The notes: generated from the letters alone by a model not told the origin. 64,000 nt of DNA from a virus (IMGVR_UViG_3300020048_000115:6053-70052), one strand, 5' to 3'. Positions 48,177 through 57,041 are shown, numbered from the stretch's first letter. A program made the numbers and translations.

Positions 48177-48787
48177 CATTGTTAATTAATCCAGGTAAAA
48201 TTTTACTAACAAATAATACTGACGGACGCACTATTTTTAGTACTGATAATCAGATGCCTCATATAGTAGGAAAAGCTTCAGGTACCGTAACATTTACCGG
48301 ACCTCGAGTATATTACGCTTCTGCGGACACCAGCAATGTAGCTAAGAATGTATTTATAGCAGACTATCAAGCATGGAGTCTTAGTAGTCCTGCATGGAAT
48401 TTTCCAGGTGCTCGCTTAATTGCATTTATAAAAATAAACTCAGGTGGATATGCTTTTAATACTGATTTTAATAATAAGTGGCTGTGTGTCCAAGGCAGCT
48501 TACTTACTAGAGTATGGGGTTCCATAGATCCTAATAGTCAGGCTACTGGCCAGTTCTACGCCCCAACAGGCTTTGGTGGTGGAGAGCTATACACAATATC
48601 ATTATCTAACGGTAATATATCTATAATTAAAACTGTAGTTGCTGGTAATGCCTTAATCACCAATCCTATTGGTACCGGAATAGATGACTTATTGGGTAGA
48701 ACTAATAGTTTTTATGAATGGCCCTCTCCACCAATTGCTTCTTTTGCTGCAACTATGCAGTATACTTTCCTAATATATAGGACCTAA
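48173..48787 (+). CDS. hypothetical protein (204 aa), AT-rich module
   Basis: Translationally coupled by a 4-nt overlap. Confidence 0.45.
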   Translation: MTLLINPGKILLTNNTDGRTIFSTDNQMPHIVGKASGTVTFTGPRVYYASADTSNVAKNVFIADYQAWSLSSPAWNFPGARLIAFIKINSGGYAFNTDFNNKWLCVQGSLLTRVWGSIDPNSQATGQFYAPTGFGGGELYTISLSNGNISIIKTVVAGNALITNPIGTGIDDLLGRTNSFYEWPSPPIASFAATMQYTFLIYRT

Positions 48788-49071
48788 TGAAAAAAGCTAT
48801 TATATTTAAACTAGATCTACCTCCTGAGGGTAATACTACTACAGTGCGAGTAAATATAGAGAATAAAATTAATAATTTTACTATAATTGAAGAGGAACTA
48901 GAGCTTCCAATTACAGGTAGATTTAGTAATTTTGATAATTATTTACAGTATGCTGTAGAACAACTACTTTTAGACAATGGTTACGATTTATCTACCATAC
49001 CTAAACCGGAAGGTGAACGAAGTAACCCTCCCCCACATAATTTAATTATTCCTAAACCTGTTAGTATCTAA
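48787..49071 (+). CDS. hypothetical protein (94 aa)
   Basis: Coupled. Confidence 0.4.
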   Translation: MKKAIIFKLDLPPEGNTTTVRVNIENKINNFTIIEEELELPITGRFSNFDNYLQYAVEQLLLDNGYDLSTIPKPEGERSNPPPHNLIIPKPVSI

Positions 49072-49077
49072 GAATAT

Positions 49078-49332
49078 ATGTTATATAGAATTACAACAAC
49101 TTATGCCGATAATACTACTAATTCTACTACAGTTGCAGTAGAATTAATAGAACAAACTGGAATTATTAGTAAAATCACTGGTAAAGTACAGTTTAGTATA
49201 CCTGGAGTCTATGATTATGCCTCCGATATCCTTTATAGAGAAGTGGGTTTAGTTTTAGTGCAAGAAGGCTATAATGTTATAGTGCCCGAACTTACACCTA
49301 CTACACCACCTACTACACCACCTACATCTTAA
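49078..49332 (+). CDS. hypothetical protein (84 aa) with C-terminal TPTTPPTTPPTS tail
   Basis: ORF with a low-complexity PT-rich C-terminus. Confidence 0.4.
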   Translation: MLYRITTTYADNTTNSTTVAVELIEQTGIISKITGKVQFSIPGVYDYASDILYREVGLVLVQEGYNVIVPELTPTTPPTTPPTS

Positions 49333-49397
49333 AAATATATTGTTTAATAAATTGACTTGTATAGTTGACCCTAAACTGTTATAATTTAATCTAAATC

Positions 49398-49473
49398 GGA
49401 ACTATAGCACAGTTGGTAGTGCAGCAGATTCATATTCTGTTGGTCACAAGTTCGAGTCTTGTTAGTTCCACCA
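49398..49473 (+). tRNA. tRNA-Met (CAU), copy 1
   Basis: Acceptor ggaacta/tagttcc, loop tTCATAt, AGTTCGAGTCT, CCA. Preceded by a TGACCCTAAACTGTTATAAT element. Confidence 0.7.
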
Positions 49474-49520
49474 ATAAAAAAATTGACTTGTTTTGTAAAT
49501 CAAAACATTGTATAATTGAT

Positions 49521-49595
49521 CTTTCAGCAAAGAGAACGAGTATTCACTGAATAACTTCGATAAATATACTCTTGTTCTCTTTGCTAATTTCATAT
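49521..49595 (+). ncRNA. long imperfect hairpin RNA candidate
   Basis: TGnTATAAT at 49506-49514. agcaaagagaacgag (49527-) pairs with ctcttgttctctttgct (-49590), giving a stem of about 16 bp. No ORF. Confidence 0.3.
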
Positions 49596-49839
49596 ATAAT
49601 TGATACTTAAATTAAACGATTTAACTATAGCGACAGATGTACAGTTACTTCATAACTACTTGTACTATGATGTAACGACTCTACTACCGAATTAGTCGCG
49701 GTAGTGCAGCAATGCACTTTAATCTAAAGAGGTGGTTTAGGTAAAGCAACCACTTGAATCTAAAACTCCGGAACTGTTTTCGAACATTCTTAGTTAGATC
49801 GTTTAATTTAGGTATAGTGATAGAAACAATTACCTCAAT

Positions 49840-49930
49840 GCTAATGAAGTGGTCGTGGGTTCGAGTCCCCCCCGAGGCGAAAGCCAAGGTAGCTCAGTTG
49901 GTAGAGCACTAAAATATTTGTTTCGCATAG
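49840..49930 (+). ncRNA. circularly permuted tRNA-like element (Y-RNA/YrlA-like candidate) upstream of the Ro60-like gene
   Basis: Order is T-arm (gtgggTTCGAGTccccc), acceptor-like stem capped by a GAAA tetraloop (ccgaggc GAAA gccaagg), then a canonical D-arm (tagctcagttggtagagcac). There is no anticodon or CCA end. Lies 45 nt upstream of 49957. Confidence 0.4.
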
Positions 49931-49956
49931 TTCTTACTTATTAAAAAAGGAAATCC

Positions 49957-51267
49957 ATGTCTTCGATCAATCGCGCTGTGCGTACTCCAGTATTTAATTC
50001 TGTGGGTACGCAAGTATCCAAAATTAATGCCGAACGTCAGCTAAAGCGTATTACCCTAGCAGCCATGCTGTGGGAAAAGCAGTTTTATCTTGATGGTAAA
50101 TCTCACGCTGAATTGGTCAGAGAATTGGTAGCTAAAATTGCTCCTGAAAAGGTCGCTGCTTTAGCTTTGGAAGCCCGTACGAAATTCAAACTTCGTCATG
50201 TGCCTCTGCTGCTTGTTCGTGAACTCGCCCGCAGCGGGAAACTACAAGCTACTGCGTTAACTTCGGTTATCCAGCGTCCAGATGAAATGTCTGAGTTCTT
50301 GTCAATTTATTGGCAAGAAGGCAAAACAGCGGTATCAAACCAAGTTAAAAAAGGCTTAGCGGCTTGCTTTAATAAGTTCTCTGAATACCAGCTTGCCAAA
50401 TGGAATAAAAATAGCGCATCTATTAAACTGCGTGATGTAATGTTCCTTAGCCACCCTAAACCGCAATCAGTTGAACAAACTGAACTCTTTAAACGAGTAG
50501 CGGCTGACACACTTATTATTCCCGACACATGGGAAACACAGCTCTCAGCTGGTGCAGATAAGTGCGAAACTTTCTCCCGTCTAATGACTGAGAAAAAGTT
50601 GGGTGCACTAGCCTTTCTTCGTAACCTTCGCAATATGCGGGACAGTGGTGTGAACACTGATCTGATCCGTAGCTATGCTAGCTCGGTAGATGTTACTAAA
50701 GTTCTGCCTTTCCGATACGTGGCTGCCGCCCGCATCGTGCCAGAATTTGAAGATATGCTAGAGTCGATGATGTTCCGTAGCTTGGAATCTCACGACAAAA
50801 TCCCTGGAAAGACTGTTTTGGTAATCGACGTTAGTGGCTCAATGTTCGGTGCTCCAATCTCACAAAAATCTGATCTAGATCGCTTCGATGCGGCTGCTGC
50901 ACTTGCTATGTTGTGCCGTGAAGTTTGTGAAGAAGTCGAGATTTATAGCTTTAGTGGAGACGCTGTGCGTGTAGCACCTCGTCGTGGATTTGCTCTCCGC
51001 GAAGCAATTTCCGGCTCACAGCAACATGGCGGTACTCAACTGGGTCGTGCCATGGAAACAATCAACAAAGATACTAGCTATACTCGTTGCATTGTGTTTA
51101 CTGATGAACAAAGCTATGATCGTCCAGACGCTCCGCTTGGTAAAGGCTACGTTGTTAACGTAGCGAGCTACGAGCATGGAGTAAATCATCAGGCTTGGAC
51201 TGAGGTTAACGGGTTCAGTGAATCTGTAATCGACTATATCCAAGCACTGGAACGGGAAGCCGTTTAA
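49957..51267 (+). CDS. Ro60/Rsr-like protein (TROVE-like N-terminal domain + vWA domain), 436 aa
   Basis: C-terminal vWA domain with MIDAS VIDVSGSM. N-terminal helical region with a Ro-like QLKRITLAAMLWEKQFYLDG segment. This architecture is characteristic of Ro60 orthologs. Confidence 0.5.
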   Translation: MSSINRAVRTPVFNSVGTQVSKINAERQLKRITLAAMLWEKQFYLDGKSHAELVRELVAKIAPEKVAALALEARTKFKLRHVPLLLVRELARSGKLQATALTSVIQRPDEMSEFLSIYWQEGKTAVSNQVKKGLAACFNKFSEYQLAKWNKNSASIKLRDVMFLSHPKPQSVEQTELFKRVAADTLIIPDTWETQLSAGADKCETFSRLMTEKKLGALAFLRNLRNMRDSGVNTDLIRSYASSVDVTKVLPFRYVAAARIVPEFEDMLESMMFRSLESHDKIPGKTVLVIDVSGSMFGAPISQKSDLDRFDAAAALAMLCREVCEEVEIYSFSGDAVRVAPRRGFALREAISGSQQHGGTQLGRAMETINKDTSYTRCIVFTDEQSYDRPDAPLGKGYVVNVASYEHGVNHQAWTEVNGFSESVIDYIQALEREAV

Positions 51268-51332
51268 AATACTATTCCACGCTAACGCCGTAGTCAGCCG
51301 GCCAAATAAAGTGGTACTCTAAGTAAAGGCTT

Positions 51333-51417
51333 AGATTTGTATATGGTGCTTATAATCGTTACTTCTTGCTGATAAACGCGATTATTATTTATTCCTATAC
51401 AAATCTAAGCCTTTATT
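51333..51417 (+). terminator. large hairpin (20-bp perfect stem) downstream of the Ro60-like gene; terminator or Ro-binding stem candidate
   Basis: aaaggcttagatttgtatatgg (51333-51355) is the inverted repeat of cctatacaaatctaagccttta (51396-51417), followed by TTATTATTTT. The loop carries a nested inverted repeat. Confidence 0.45.
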
Positions 51418-51685
51418 ATTTTAAGGAAAACAATACTATGAACACAGAAGAATACTGGGAATGGATGCGTGAAAATGTCCAATGATGCTGGCAAAGGCGA
51501 TGCTCGCAGACCCTCAGGTGTATCAGCAGACCAATTTGCTGATAATTGGGATAAAATCTTTAATAAGCAATATAGAGTTCTAGAAGCCTTAGTTGCTGAA
51601 AACGAACGCCTAGAACTATACAAAGACTACGATAAAATTACTAGAAATAATACCGAAACGCAAAAAATAAAGCAATAGAACAGTG

Positions 51686-51759
51686 TCTCTCTGGTGTAAT
51701 GGCAGCACGTCGGTCTCCAAAACCGTTAGTAAGAGTTCGAGTCTCTTGGGGGATGCCAA
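51686..51759 (+). tRNA. tRNA-Trp (CCA)
   Basis: Loop cTCCAaa, T-arm aagagTTCGAGTctctt, CCA. The acceptor has three G:U pairs. Confidence 0.5.
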
Positions 51760-51823
51760 ATTTTATATTTGACTTTGTAGTTATTGTTTGATATAATTAT
51801 TGTTCTTTAGTAATATACAATAC

Positions 51824-51898
51824 GACGCTATCATCTATCGGTTAGGATAACGGGTTTTCATCCCGTAAAGCGGAGTTCGATTCTCCGTAGCGTTACCA
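51824..51898 (+). tRNA. tRNA-Glu (UUC)
   Basis: Anticodon stem acggg/cccgt, loop tTTTCAt, T-arm cggagTTCGATTctccg, CCA. Confidence 0.65.
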
Positions 51899-51905
51899 GA
51901 TTTTT

Positions 51906-51989
51906 GCGAGAGTGGTGGAATGGTATACACAAGAGACTTAAAATCTCTCGCCGCAAGGCTTACGGGTTCGAGTCCCGTCTCTCGTACCA
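51906..51989 (+). tRNA. tRNA-Leu (UAA), type II
   Basis: Acceptor gcgagag/ctctcgt, stem agaga/tctct, loop cTTAAaa, long variable arm, GGTTCGAGTCC. Confidence 0.7.
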
Positions 51990-52322
51990 GATTTGTCTAG
52001 TAAGGAAAGTAAACGGAGGATGGGCAGGTTGGGATGCCTCCTGACTAGATACCTCGCCGGCTAGACGATTTATAAGGGTATAAAGTGTTCATGGACGCAC
52101 ACCACACTGTCACTGTGGAAGAGTGGGGATCGTTACCCCCTATACCCGCCAAGACCTGCCTTAGGTTCGTTTGACGTAAACGGTTATGACAAGGGTTGTT
52201 CCTGTCTGGCGTCCGGATGAATAAGACTGTGCCTCGTTAGTGCACGCTGGAGAAAGTAACCAGCACTATTATTTTAGCGTATTGTGTCAGACTTGACGAC
52301 TATGAATATGCTAAAATAATAT

Positions 52323-52401
52323 TCCGTAGAATCCGAGCTAGGCGCACGGACTTGACTGTTAATCAATGACTAGATAGGTTCGAATCCTATATACGGAGCC
52401 A
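52323..52401 (+). tRNA. tRNA-Asn (GUU)
   Basis: Stem cttga/tcaat, loop cTGTTAa, T-arm ataggTTCGAATcctat, CCA. Confidence 0.5.
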
Positions 52402-52529
52402 TGTTTTAAACTGTAGCGACTTGTAGAGTTACTTCTTTACTGTTAATAAAAACGATTGCGGTTCGATTCCACAAATGCCGCTGGTGCACGGGCAAATCTC
52501 TCTACTACTTATTCTCAGTTTATTTATTG

Positions 52530-52603
52530 TTGGGGTATAGTGAAGTGGTATCACAACAGATTTTGATTCTGTCGTTCTAGGTTCGATTCCTAGTACCTCT
52601 GCC
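52530..52603 (+). tRNA. tRNA-Gln (UUG)
   Basis: D-arm gtgaagtggtatcac, stem acaga/tctgt, loop tTTTGAt, T-arm ctaggTTCGATTcctag, CCA. Confidence 0.6.
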
Positions 52604-52609
52604 AACTAC

Positions 52610-52684
52610 TAGGTCTTTAGTAAAATGAATATTACACAACGCTACGAACGTTGAAGTGGGAGTTTGATTCTCTCAGGACCTACC
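52610..52684 (+). tRNA. tRNA-Arg (ACG)
   Basis: Stem caacg/cgttg, loop cTACGAa, T-arm gggagTTTGATTctctc, CCA. Confidence 0.55.
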
Positions 52685-52693
52685 ACATATATC

Positions 52694-53161
52694 ATGCAAA
52701 AATTTAATATCCAAGAAGTCAAAGACTTTATCGTTGCTCAATCTGAATCCACTAAGATTTATCTTGGCGCGGATAGCGAACGAATTAAAGTAAATGGCGT
52801 ATGGCACGCAGACTATACTCTAGCTGTGGTAATACACATTGACGGTAATCACGGATGTAAAATCTTTGGTTCAGTTAGTCGTGAACGAGACTTTGATCAA
52901 AAAGTATCTAAGCCAGCAATGCGACTAATGCAAGAAGTATACAAAGTAAGCGATCTATTTCACGAACTAAGCGATGTACTACAAGATCGTCATGTTGAAG
53001 TACACTTAGATATTAACCCAAATTTAATGTACGGTTCTAGCTGTGTTGTACAGCAGGCCATTGGTTATATCAAAGGCACTTGTAATGTAGATGCTCAGGT
53101 TAAACCTAATGCTTTCGCAGCTAGTTATGCTGCCGATCGTTTAAAGTTTATATTAGCTTAA
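52694..53161 (+). CDS. hypothetical protein (155 aa)
   Basis: In-frame start (MQKFNIQ...) of track ORF 52664..53161. The track start would overlap a tRNA. Confidence 0.45.
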   Translation: MQKFNIQEVKDFIVAQSESTKIYLGADSERIKVNGVWHADYTLAVVIHIDGNHGCKIFGSVSRERDFDQKVSKPAMRLMQEVYKVSDLFHELSDVLQDRHVEVHLDINPNLMYGSSCVVQQAIGYIKGTCNVDAQVKPNAFAASYAADRLKFILA

Positions 53162-53271
53162 AATGATAACGCTATATCTAGACGCAGACTTAATAGAACA
53201 ATGTAAGCAATTAGCTAAACAAAGAAATATTACGCTAAATGAATTAATTGTAGAAGCAATAACCAAACTAA

Positions 53272-53487
53272 TTGAGAAACACAATGTCTGACCGCTTTGA
53301 CTTAGAACAACATATTATGAAATGCTGGAGTGTAACTGAGGATATTGAAAATCTTTATTATGCCTCAGAAACGATGACAGAAGATGAAATACAAAATTAT
53401 TTGCTTGGTCTAAAAGCAATTTACGAAGTAAAATTTCAAAAATTGTGGAGTACCTTTGAAGAGTGTACGCATACTCGTCAAATTTAA
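53272..53487 (+). CDS. hypothetical protein (71 aa)
   Basis: ORF. Confidence 0.35.
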   Translation: MRNTMSDRFDLEQHIMKCWSVTEDIENLYYASETMTEDEIQNYLLGLKAIYEVKFQKLWSTFEECTHTRQI

Positions 53488-53488
53488 T

Positions 53489-53564
53489 GTGCGCGTGTGC
53501 CGAATGGCTAGGCGTCGGATTGCAAATCCGTATAATGCAGGTTCGAGTCCTGTCGCGCACTCCA
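53489..53564 (+). tRNA. tRNA-Cys (GCA)
   Basis: Acceptor gtgcgcg/cgcgcac, loop tTGCAAa, AGGTTCGAGTCC, discriminator T, CCA. Confidence 0.65.
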
Positions 53565-53677
53565 GTTTCAGTCAGTTCCTATGTGACTTTAAAAAAGGCT
53601 GCGAAAATGTCAACGGTTTAGCTTAAGATCACAGTTGAGAGTTTTGTAGCGGGTGTTCTCCTAAAACACTTGCCCAT

Positions 53678-53751
53678 GCCCTTGTATCCTTAGTGGTAGA
53701 GGTCCGGTTTTGTAAGCCGGGTGTGGCAGTTCGATTCTGTCCTGGGGCACC
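53678..53751 (+). tRNA. tRNA-Thr (UGU)
   Basis: D-arm tagtggtagagg, stem ccggt/gccgg, loop tTTGTAa, T-arm ggcagTTCGATTctgtc, CCA. Confidence 0.6.
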
Positions 53752-53790
53752 ATATTTTAGCACACTACTTGCCACTTAACTCATATATGT

Positions 53791-53920
53791 GGAGTAGCCG
53801 TACGCACACCTTCCACGGGTAATCGGGAGCACCCGACATGGGTAGTGTGCTAAGATATGGTTGTATGAAGCCGATAGAAAAGAGTTTAAGACGCGGGTTC
53901 GACTCCCGCCAGCTCCACCA
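53791..53920 (+). tRNA. long tRNA-like element (about 130 nt) with canonical T-arm and CCA end
   Basis: T-arm gcgggTTCGACTcccgc + cagctcc + ACCA. The only 5-prime acceptor partner is ggagtag at 53791, which implies an insertion of about 55 nt or an unusual RNA. Confidence 0.3.
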
Positions 53921-54238
53921 AAAACACATTAAAGCTACTAGTCGCTGTGGGACACGTTCCCTCTTTAAGTGTAGTGTGTTTCTGAGGGGGCTGACCTGGC
54001 TTTCGATTAGGCTAAGAGTAAATACGTGGACAACTCGGCAATGCAGAAGCCGCAGGATTGAGGCACAGTGTAGTCGCTATACTCATAGTATAGAAAGACG
54101 CTCTACTCGGTCGCAAAAGCAAAACAAAAATAAACGCAAACGATAACACGTACGCTTTAGCAGCCTAAACACTGCTTAGGGTTTTCGTCGGTTCCTTGTA
54201 ACAGAATACCGACCCTAAATTAATGCAGACTGGATACT

Positions 54239-54811
54239 ATGGCAACTGATAAGCTAGACTTAGGTCTGAACTTTAATAATTCTTTTACCAAGACCACTGC
54301 ACGTCAGTATGAGTTTTATCTAAGTGGTGAAATTGTAGAAGCAACAGAATATGTAGAGTGGTTTGATACTATTCGTAGTGCACAAGCTAGTGACACAGTA
54401 ACTATTTATATTAATAGTTGTGGTGGTGATCTTTATACAGCAATCCAATTTTTACGAGTTCTAGCAGAAACTGAAGCAGAAGTAATTTGTTCAGTTGAAG
54501 GTGCTTGTATGAGTGCTGCTACTATGATCTTTTTATCAGCCGATACTTTTCAAGTAACCCCACACTCACTATTCATGTTTCACAACTACAGTGCCGGAGT
54601 ATTTGGCAAAGGTGGTGAAATGTATGACCAGCTACAGTTTGAACGAGCATGGTCAGAAGAATTTTTAAGCGAAGTATACAATAATTTTCTAACAGAAGCT
54701 GAAGTCAAAGAAATGTTGCACAACAAAGACATTTGGATGACTTCTGCACAAGTTGTAGACCGCTTAAGTAAGCTGCTAAAAGCAAGAGAAGCTGAAGCAC
54801 AAGCAAAATAA
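54239..54811 (+). CDS. ClpP-like (S14 family) serine peptidase, 190 aa
   Basis: TIYINSCGGDLY, catalytic Ser in EGACMSAAT, and His in MFHNYS. Confidence 0.6.
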   Translation: MATDKLDLGLNFNNSFTKTTARQYEFYLSGEIVEATEYVEWFDTIRSAQASDTVTIYINSCGGDLYTAIQFLRVLAETEAEVICSVEGACMSAATMIFLSADTFQVTPHSLFMFHNYSAGVFGKGGEMYDQLQFERAWSEEFLSEVYNNFLTEAEVKEMLHNKDIWMTSAQVVDRLSKLLKAREAEAQAK

Positions 54812-54816
54812 ATATC

Positions 54817-54885
54817 GCGGGGATTCAGGTGATCGAGAGGTCTCATAAGCCTTCTCTAGGGGTTCGAATCCTTCCCCCGCAACCA
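54817..54885 (+). tRNA. tRNA (CAU), copy 2 (Met, fMet or Ile2-type), tentative
   Basis: Acceptor gcgggga/cccccgc, anticodon stem gaggt/gcctt with loop cTCATAa, GGTTCGAATCC. Short D-arm. Confidence 0.4.
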
Positions 54886-54931
54886 AACATGAGTTGAAAT
54901 AACACTCCGGCAAGTGAAATGCTTGCACCTT

Positions 54932-55023
54932 GGAAAGTAATGCAGCGGGGCTGGTCCTGCGACTGGCCTTGAAAACCAGGTTCTCTTAATCGGGATGGGG
55001 TTCGACTCCTCTGCTTTCCGCCA
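54932..55023 (+). tRNA. tRNA-Ser (UGA), type II
   Basis: Acceptor ggaaagt/gctttcc, loop cTTGAAa, long variable arm, GGTTCGACTCC, discriminator G, CCA. Confidence 0.6.
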
Positions 55024-55085
55024 TAAGTAAACATATTAGGTGTTGAATATCACTCTTAATCCGGCTAGCTAGTACTAGCAGCCTA

Positions 55086-55388
55086 GTGTGTTTTCTTATG
55101 GCCATATCTTTTAAAAAATTAAACTCTCCGCTACTAGATATGCAGGACAGTATTACTGTTGGTAAACTAACAGGCTGTCGTGTATGTGACGTAATCGAAG
55201 AGCACTACGAATACTTAATCTGGGCGAATAAGCAAGGTATGTTAATGTTTACTAAAATAGTAACAGAAACTATTGCTGAACACGCCGGATACAAAAACAA
55301 ACAACAACATTACGACGAAGAAGTAGCTCCGTGGCTAGAACCCACAGAACCTACTGTGCCTTTTCTTAGTGAAGACATACCATTTTAA
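55086..55388 (+). CDS. hypothetical protein (100 aa)
   Basis: ORF between tRNAs. Confidence 0.35.
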   Translation: MCFLMAISFKKLNSPLLDMQDSITVGKLTGCRVCDVIEEHYEYLIWANKQGMLMFTKIVTETIAEHAGYKNKQQHYDEEVAPWLEPTEPTVPFLSEDIPF

Positions 55389-55389
55389 T

Positions 55390-55465
55390 GCGTGCTTAGC
55401 TCAGTTGGTAGAGCACTTCGTTGCCAACGAAGATGTCGCAGGTTCGAACCCTGTAGCCCGCACCA
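55390..55465 (+). tRNA. tRNA-Gly (GCC)
   Basis: D-arm tagctcagttggtagagc, stem cttcg/cgaag, loop tTGCCAa, AGGTTCGAACCC, CCA. Confidence 0.7.
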
Positions 55466-55495
55466 CTTCTATCTCCGCGCCAAAGTACCGAAATA

Positions 55496-55705
55496 ATGTA
55501 TAGAGTTTACTACACAGACCCAAACGAAATGCACATTGCACACTGGCAAGATATTGGTGATTTAACTAATGCCTTGCAATGCTGTGAGTACCTTCGTAAG
55601 TGTAATATGAGCTATGTTACTATGGTTTCGGACTATCATGACATGGTTGGTAAACCCGGTGTAAAAGCTGCCGGAGTGGAATGCATTCCACAAATGCTTA
55701 ACTAA
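55496..55705 (+). CDS. hypothetical protein (69 aa)
   Basis: ORF between tRNAs. Confidence 0.35.
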   Translation: MYRVYYTDPNEMHIAHWQDIGDLTNALQCCEYLRKCNMSYVTMVSDYHDMVGKPGVKAAGVECIPQMLN

Positions 55706-55709
55706 TACC

Positions 55710-55783
55710 GCGGGGTTCGTATAGTGGTAATACCTTAGCCTTCCAAGCTAAAGCGAGGAGTTCGATTCTCCTACCCCGCTCCA
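55710..55783 (+). tRNA. tRNA-Gly (UCC)
   Basis: Acceptor gcggggt/accccgc, stem ttagc/gctaa, loop cTTCCAa, GAGTTCGATTC, CCA. Confidence 0.7.
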
Positions 55784-55784
55784 C

Positions 55785-55860
55785 GCATCCTTAGCTCAGT
55801 GGTAGAGCGTCTCGTTTACACCGAGAGGGTCGGCAGTTCGAAACTGTCAGGATGTACCAA
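55785..55860 (+). tRNA. tRNA-Val (UAC)
   Basis: D-arm tagctcagtggtagagc, stem tctcg/cgaga, loop tTTACAc, AGTTCGAAACT, CCA. Confidence 0.7.
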
Positions 55861-55925
55861 AATTCAAAACTTGACACAAATCCCTGAATCTAGTATAATA
55901 ATTACTATTCGGGGATTTTCTACTT

Positions 55926-56462
55926 ATGCCAAACATATTTTTTGCCTCAGACCATCATTTTCATCATAAAAACATCTTGACGTTTAAAGATCAGGATCAA
56001 ACACCGCTACGCGTGTTTGATGACGTAGACCACATGAATGAACATATGGTCTGTTGTCACAATAACGTGGTAAAACCTACCGACAAAGTATACTTCTTAG
56101 GTGACGTTTCCATGAGTCGTAATGCCAAGGGCTTAGAGATTCTTAGGCGTATGAATGGCGAAAAGATTCTAATCAAAGGTAATCACGATCTTTGCAGTCT
56201 TGGCCAGTACCTAACCTACTTTAAAGATGTACGTGGGTCACACCAGTTTGATGGTATGATCTTAACACATATCCCTATCCACCCAGAGTCACTAGCTCGG
56301 TGGGGCGTAAATGTACACGGACACTTACATAATAATACAGTAATGATTCGTGGCTTTGCTGGTAAACCCGTCGAACCTGATTCTAGATACTTTAATGTAT
56401 CTATGGAACGAATTAATTATACACCTATTTCACTGGAAGAAGTAAAAAAACGATGTCAATAA
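55926..56462 (+). CDS. metallophosphoesterase (178 aa)
   Basis: Motifs SDHHFHH, LGDVSMS, GNHDL, HIPIHP. Confidence 0.6.
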   Translation: MPNIFFASDHHFHHKNILTFKDQDQTPLRVFDDVDHMNEHMVCCHNNVVKPTDKVYFLGDVSMSRNAKGLEILRRMNGEKILIKGNHDLCSLGQYLTYFKDVRGSHQFDGMILTHIPIHPESLARWGVNVHGHLHNNTVMIRGFAGKPVEPDSRYFNVSMERINYTPISLEEVKKRCQ

Positions 56463-56902
56463 CACTACAAAATCTAGAGTCTGCTCTAGCCGGAGAGTCA
56501 ATGGCTTTTACAAAGTATATGTACTTTGCTAAAATTGCACGAGAGTCTGGCTTTGATGATGTTGCAGAGCACTTTGAGCTTACCGCGCAACAAGAACTTA
56601 AACACGCCTGGGGTCACCTAGAATTGCTAATTGGCCGCCCTGATGTACCGGAGTGCTTGGCAATGGCTATTGCTGGCGAGACTTATGAATACACAGAAAT
56701 GTATCCACTTTTTGAAGCTAAAGCACTTCGTGAAGGCAACTACGAAGCCGCACAAGAAGCTAAACTTCAAGCCGAAGACTCACACGACCACGCGCTAGCA
56801 TTTATTGCAGTACTAAACAAAGCACAAAAACGCTTTGCAGCACTCAAGCGAGTAGAAAAACGCCACGCAGAAGCCTATCAACAAGTACTGGACAACCTAT
56901 AA
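56453..56902 (+). CDS. rubrerythrin / ferritin-like diiron protein (149 aa)
   Basis: Repeated E...ExxH ligand pattern (AGESMAFTKY, QELKHAWGHLE, AGETYEYTEMYP, AEDSHDHA). Confidence 0.6.
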   Translation: MSITLQNLESALAGESMAFTKYMYFAKIARESGFDDVAEHFELTAQQELKHAWGHLELLIGRPDVPECLAMAIAGETYEYTEMYPLFEAKALREGNYEAAQEAKLQAEDSHDHALAFIAVLNKAQKRFAALKRVEKRHAEAYQQVLDNL

Positions 56903-57041
56903 TGACTACTAAAACTTATATTTGTATTGTTTGTGGACATATTCATGACGACGAAACCGAAGGTGCTTGGGATACTCTTGATGATGAGTTTGAGTGTCCT
57001 GAGTGTGGCTGTGGTAAAGAAGACTATGATGCATTTGAGTA
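56902..57041 (+). CDS. rubredoxin (46 aa)
   Basis: CIVCGHIH ... CPECGCG, i.e. two CxxCG knuckles. Start overlaps the rubrerythrin stop (TAATG). Confidence 0.65.

Noticed and set aside
52405-52485. tRNA-like T-loop (ttgcggTTCGATTccacaa) after tRNA-Asn
   Set aside because: No acceptor stem can be paired and there is no CCA. Possibly a decayed tRNA, but not supportable as a gene.
53838-54146. Plus-strand 102-aa Arg/Cys-rich ORF
   Set aside because: It overlaps the T-arm and CCA end of the long tRNA-like element and a GC-rich spacer. The basic, Cys-rich composition is typical of a translated structured RNA.
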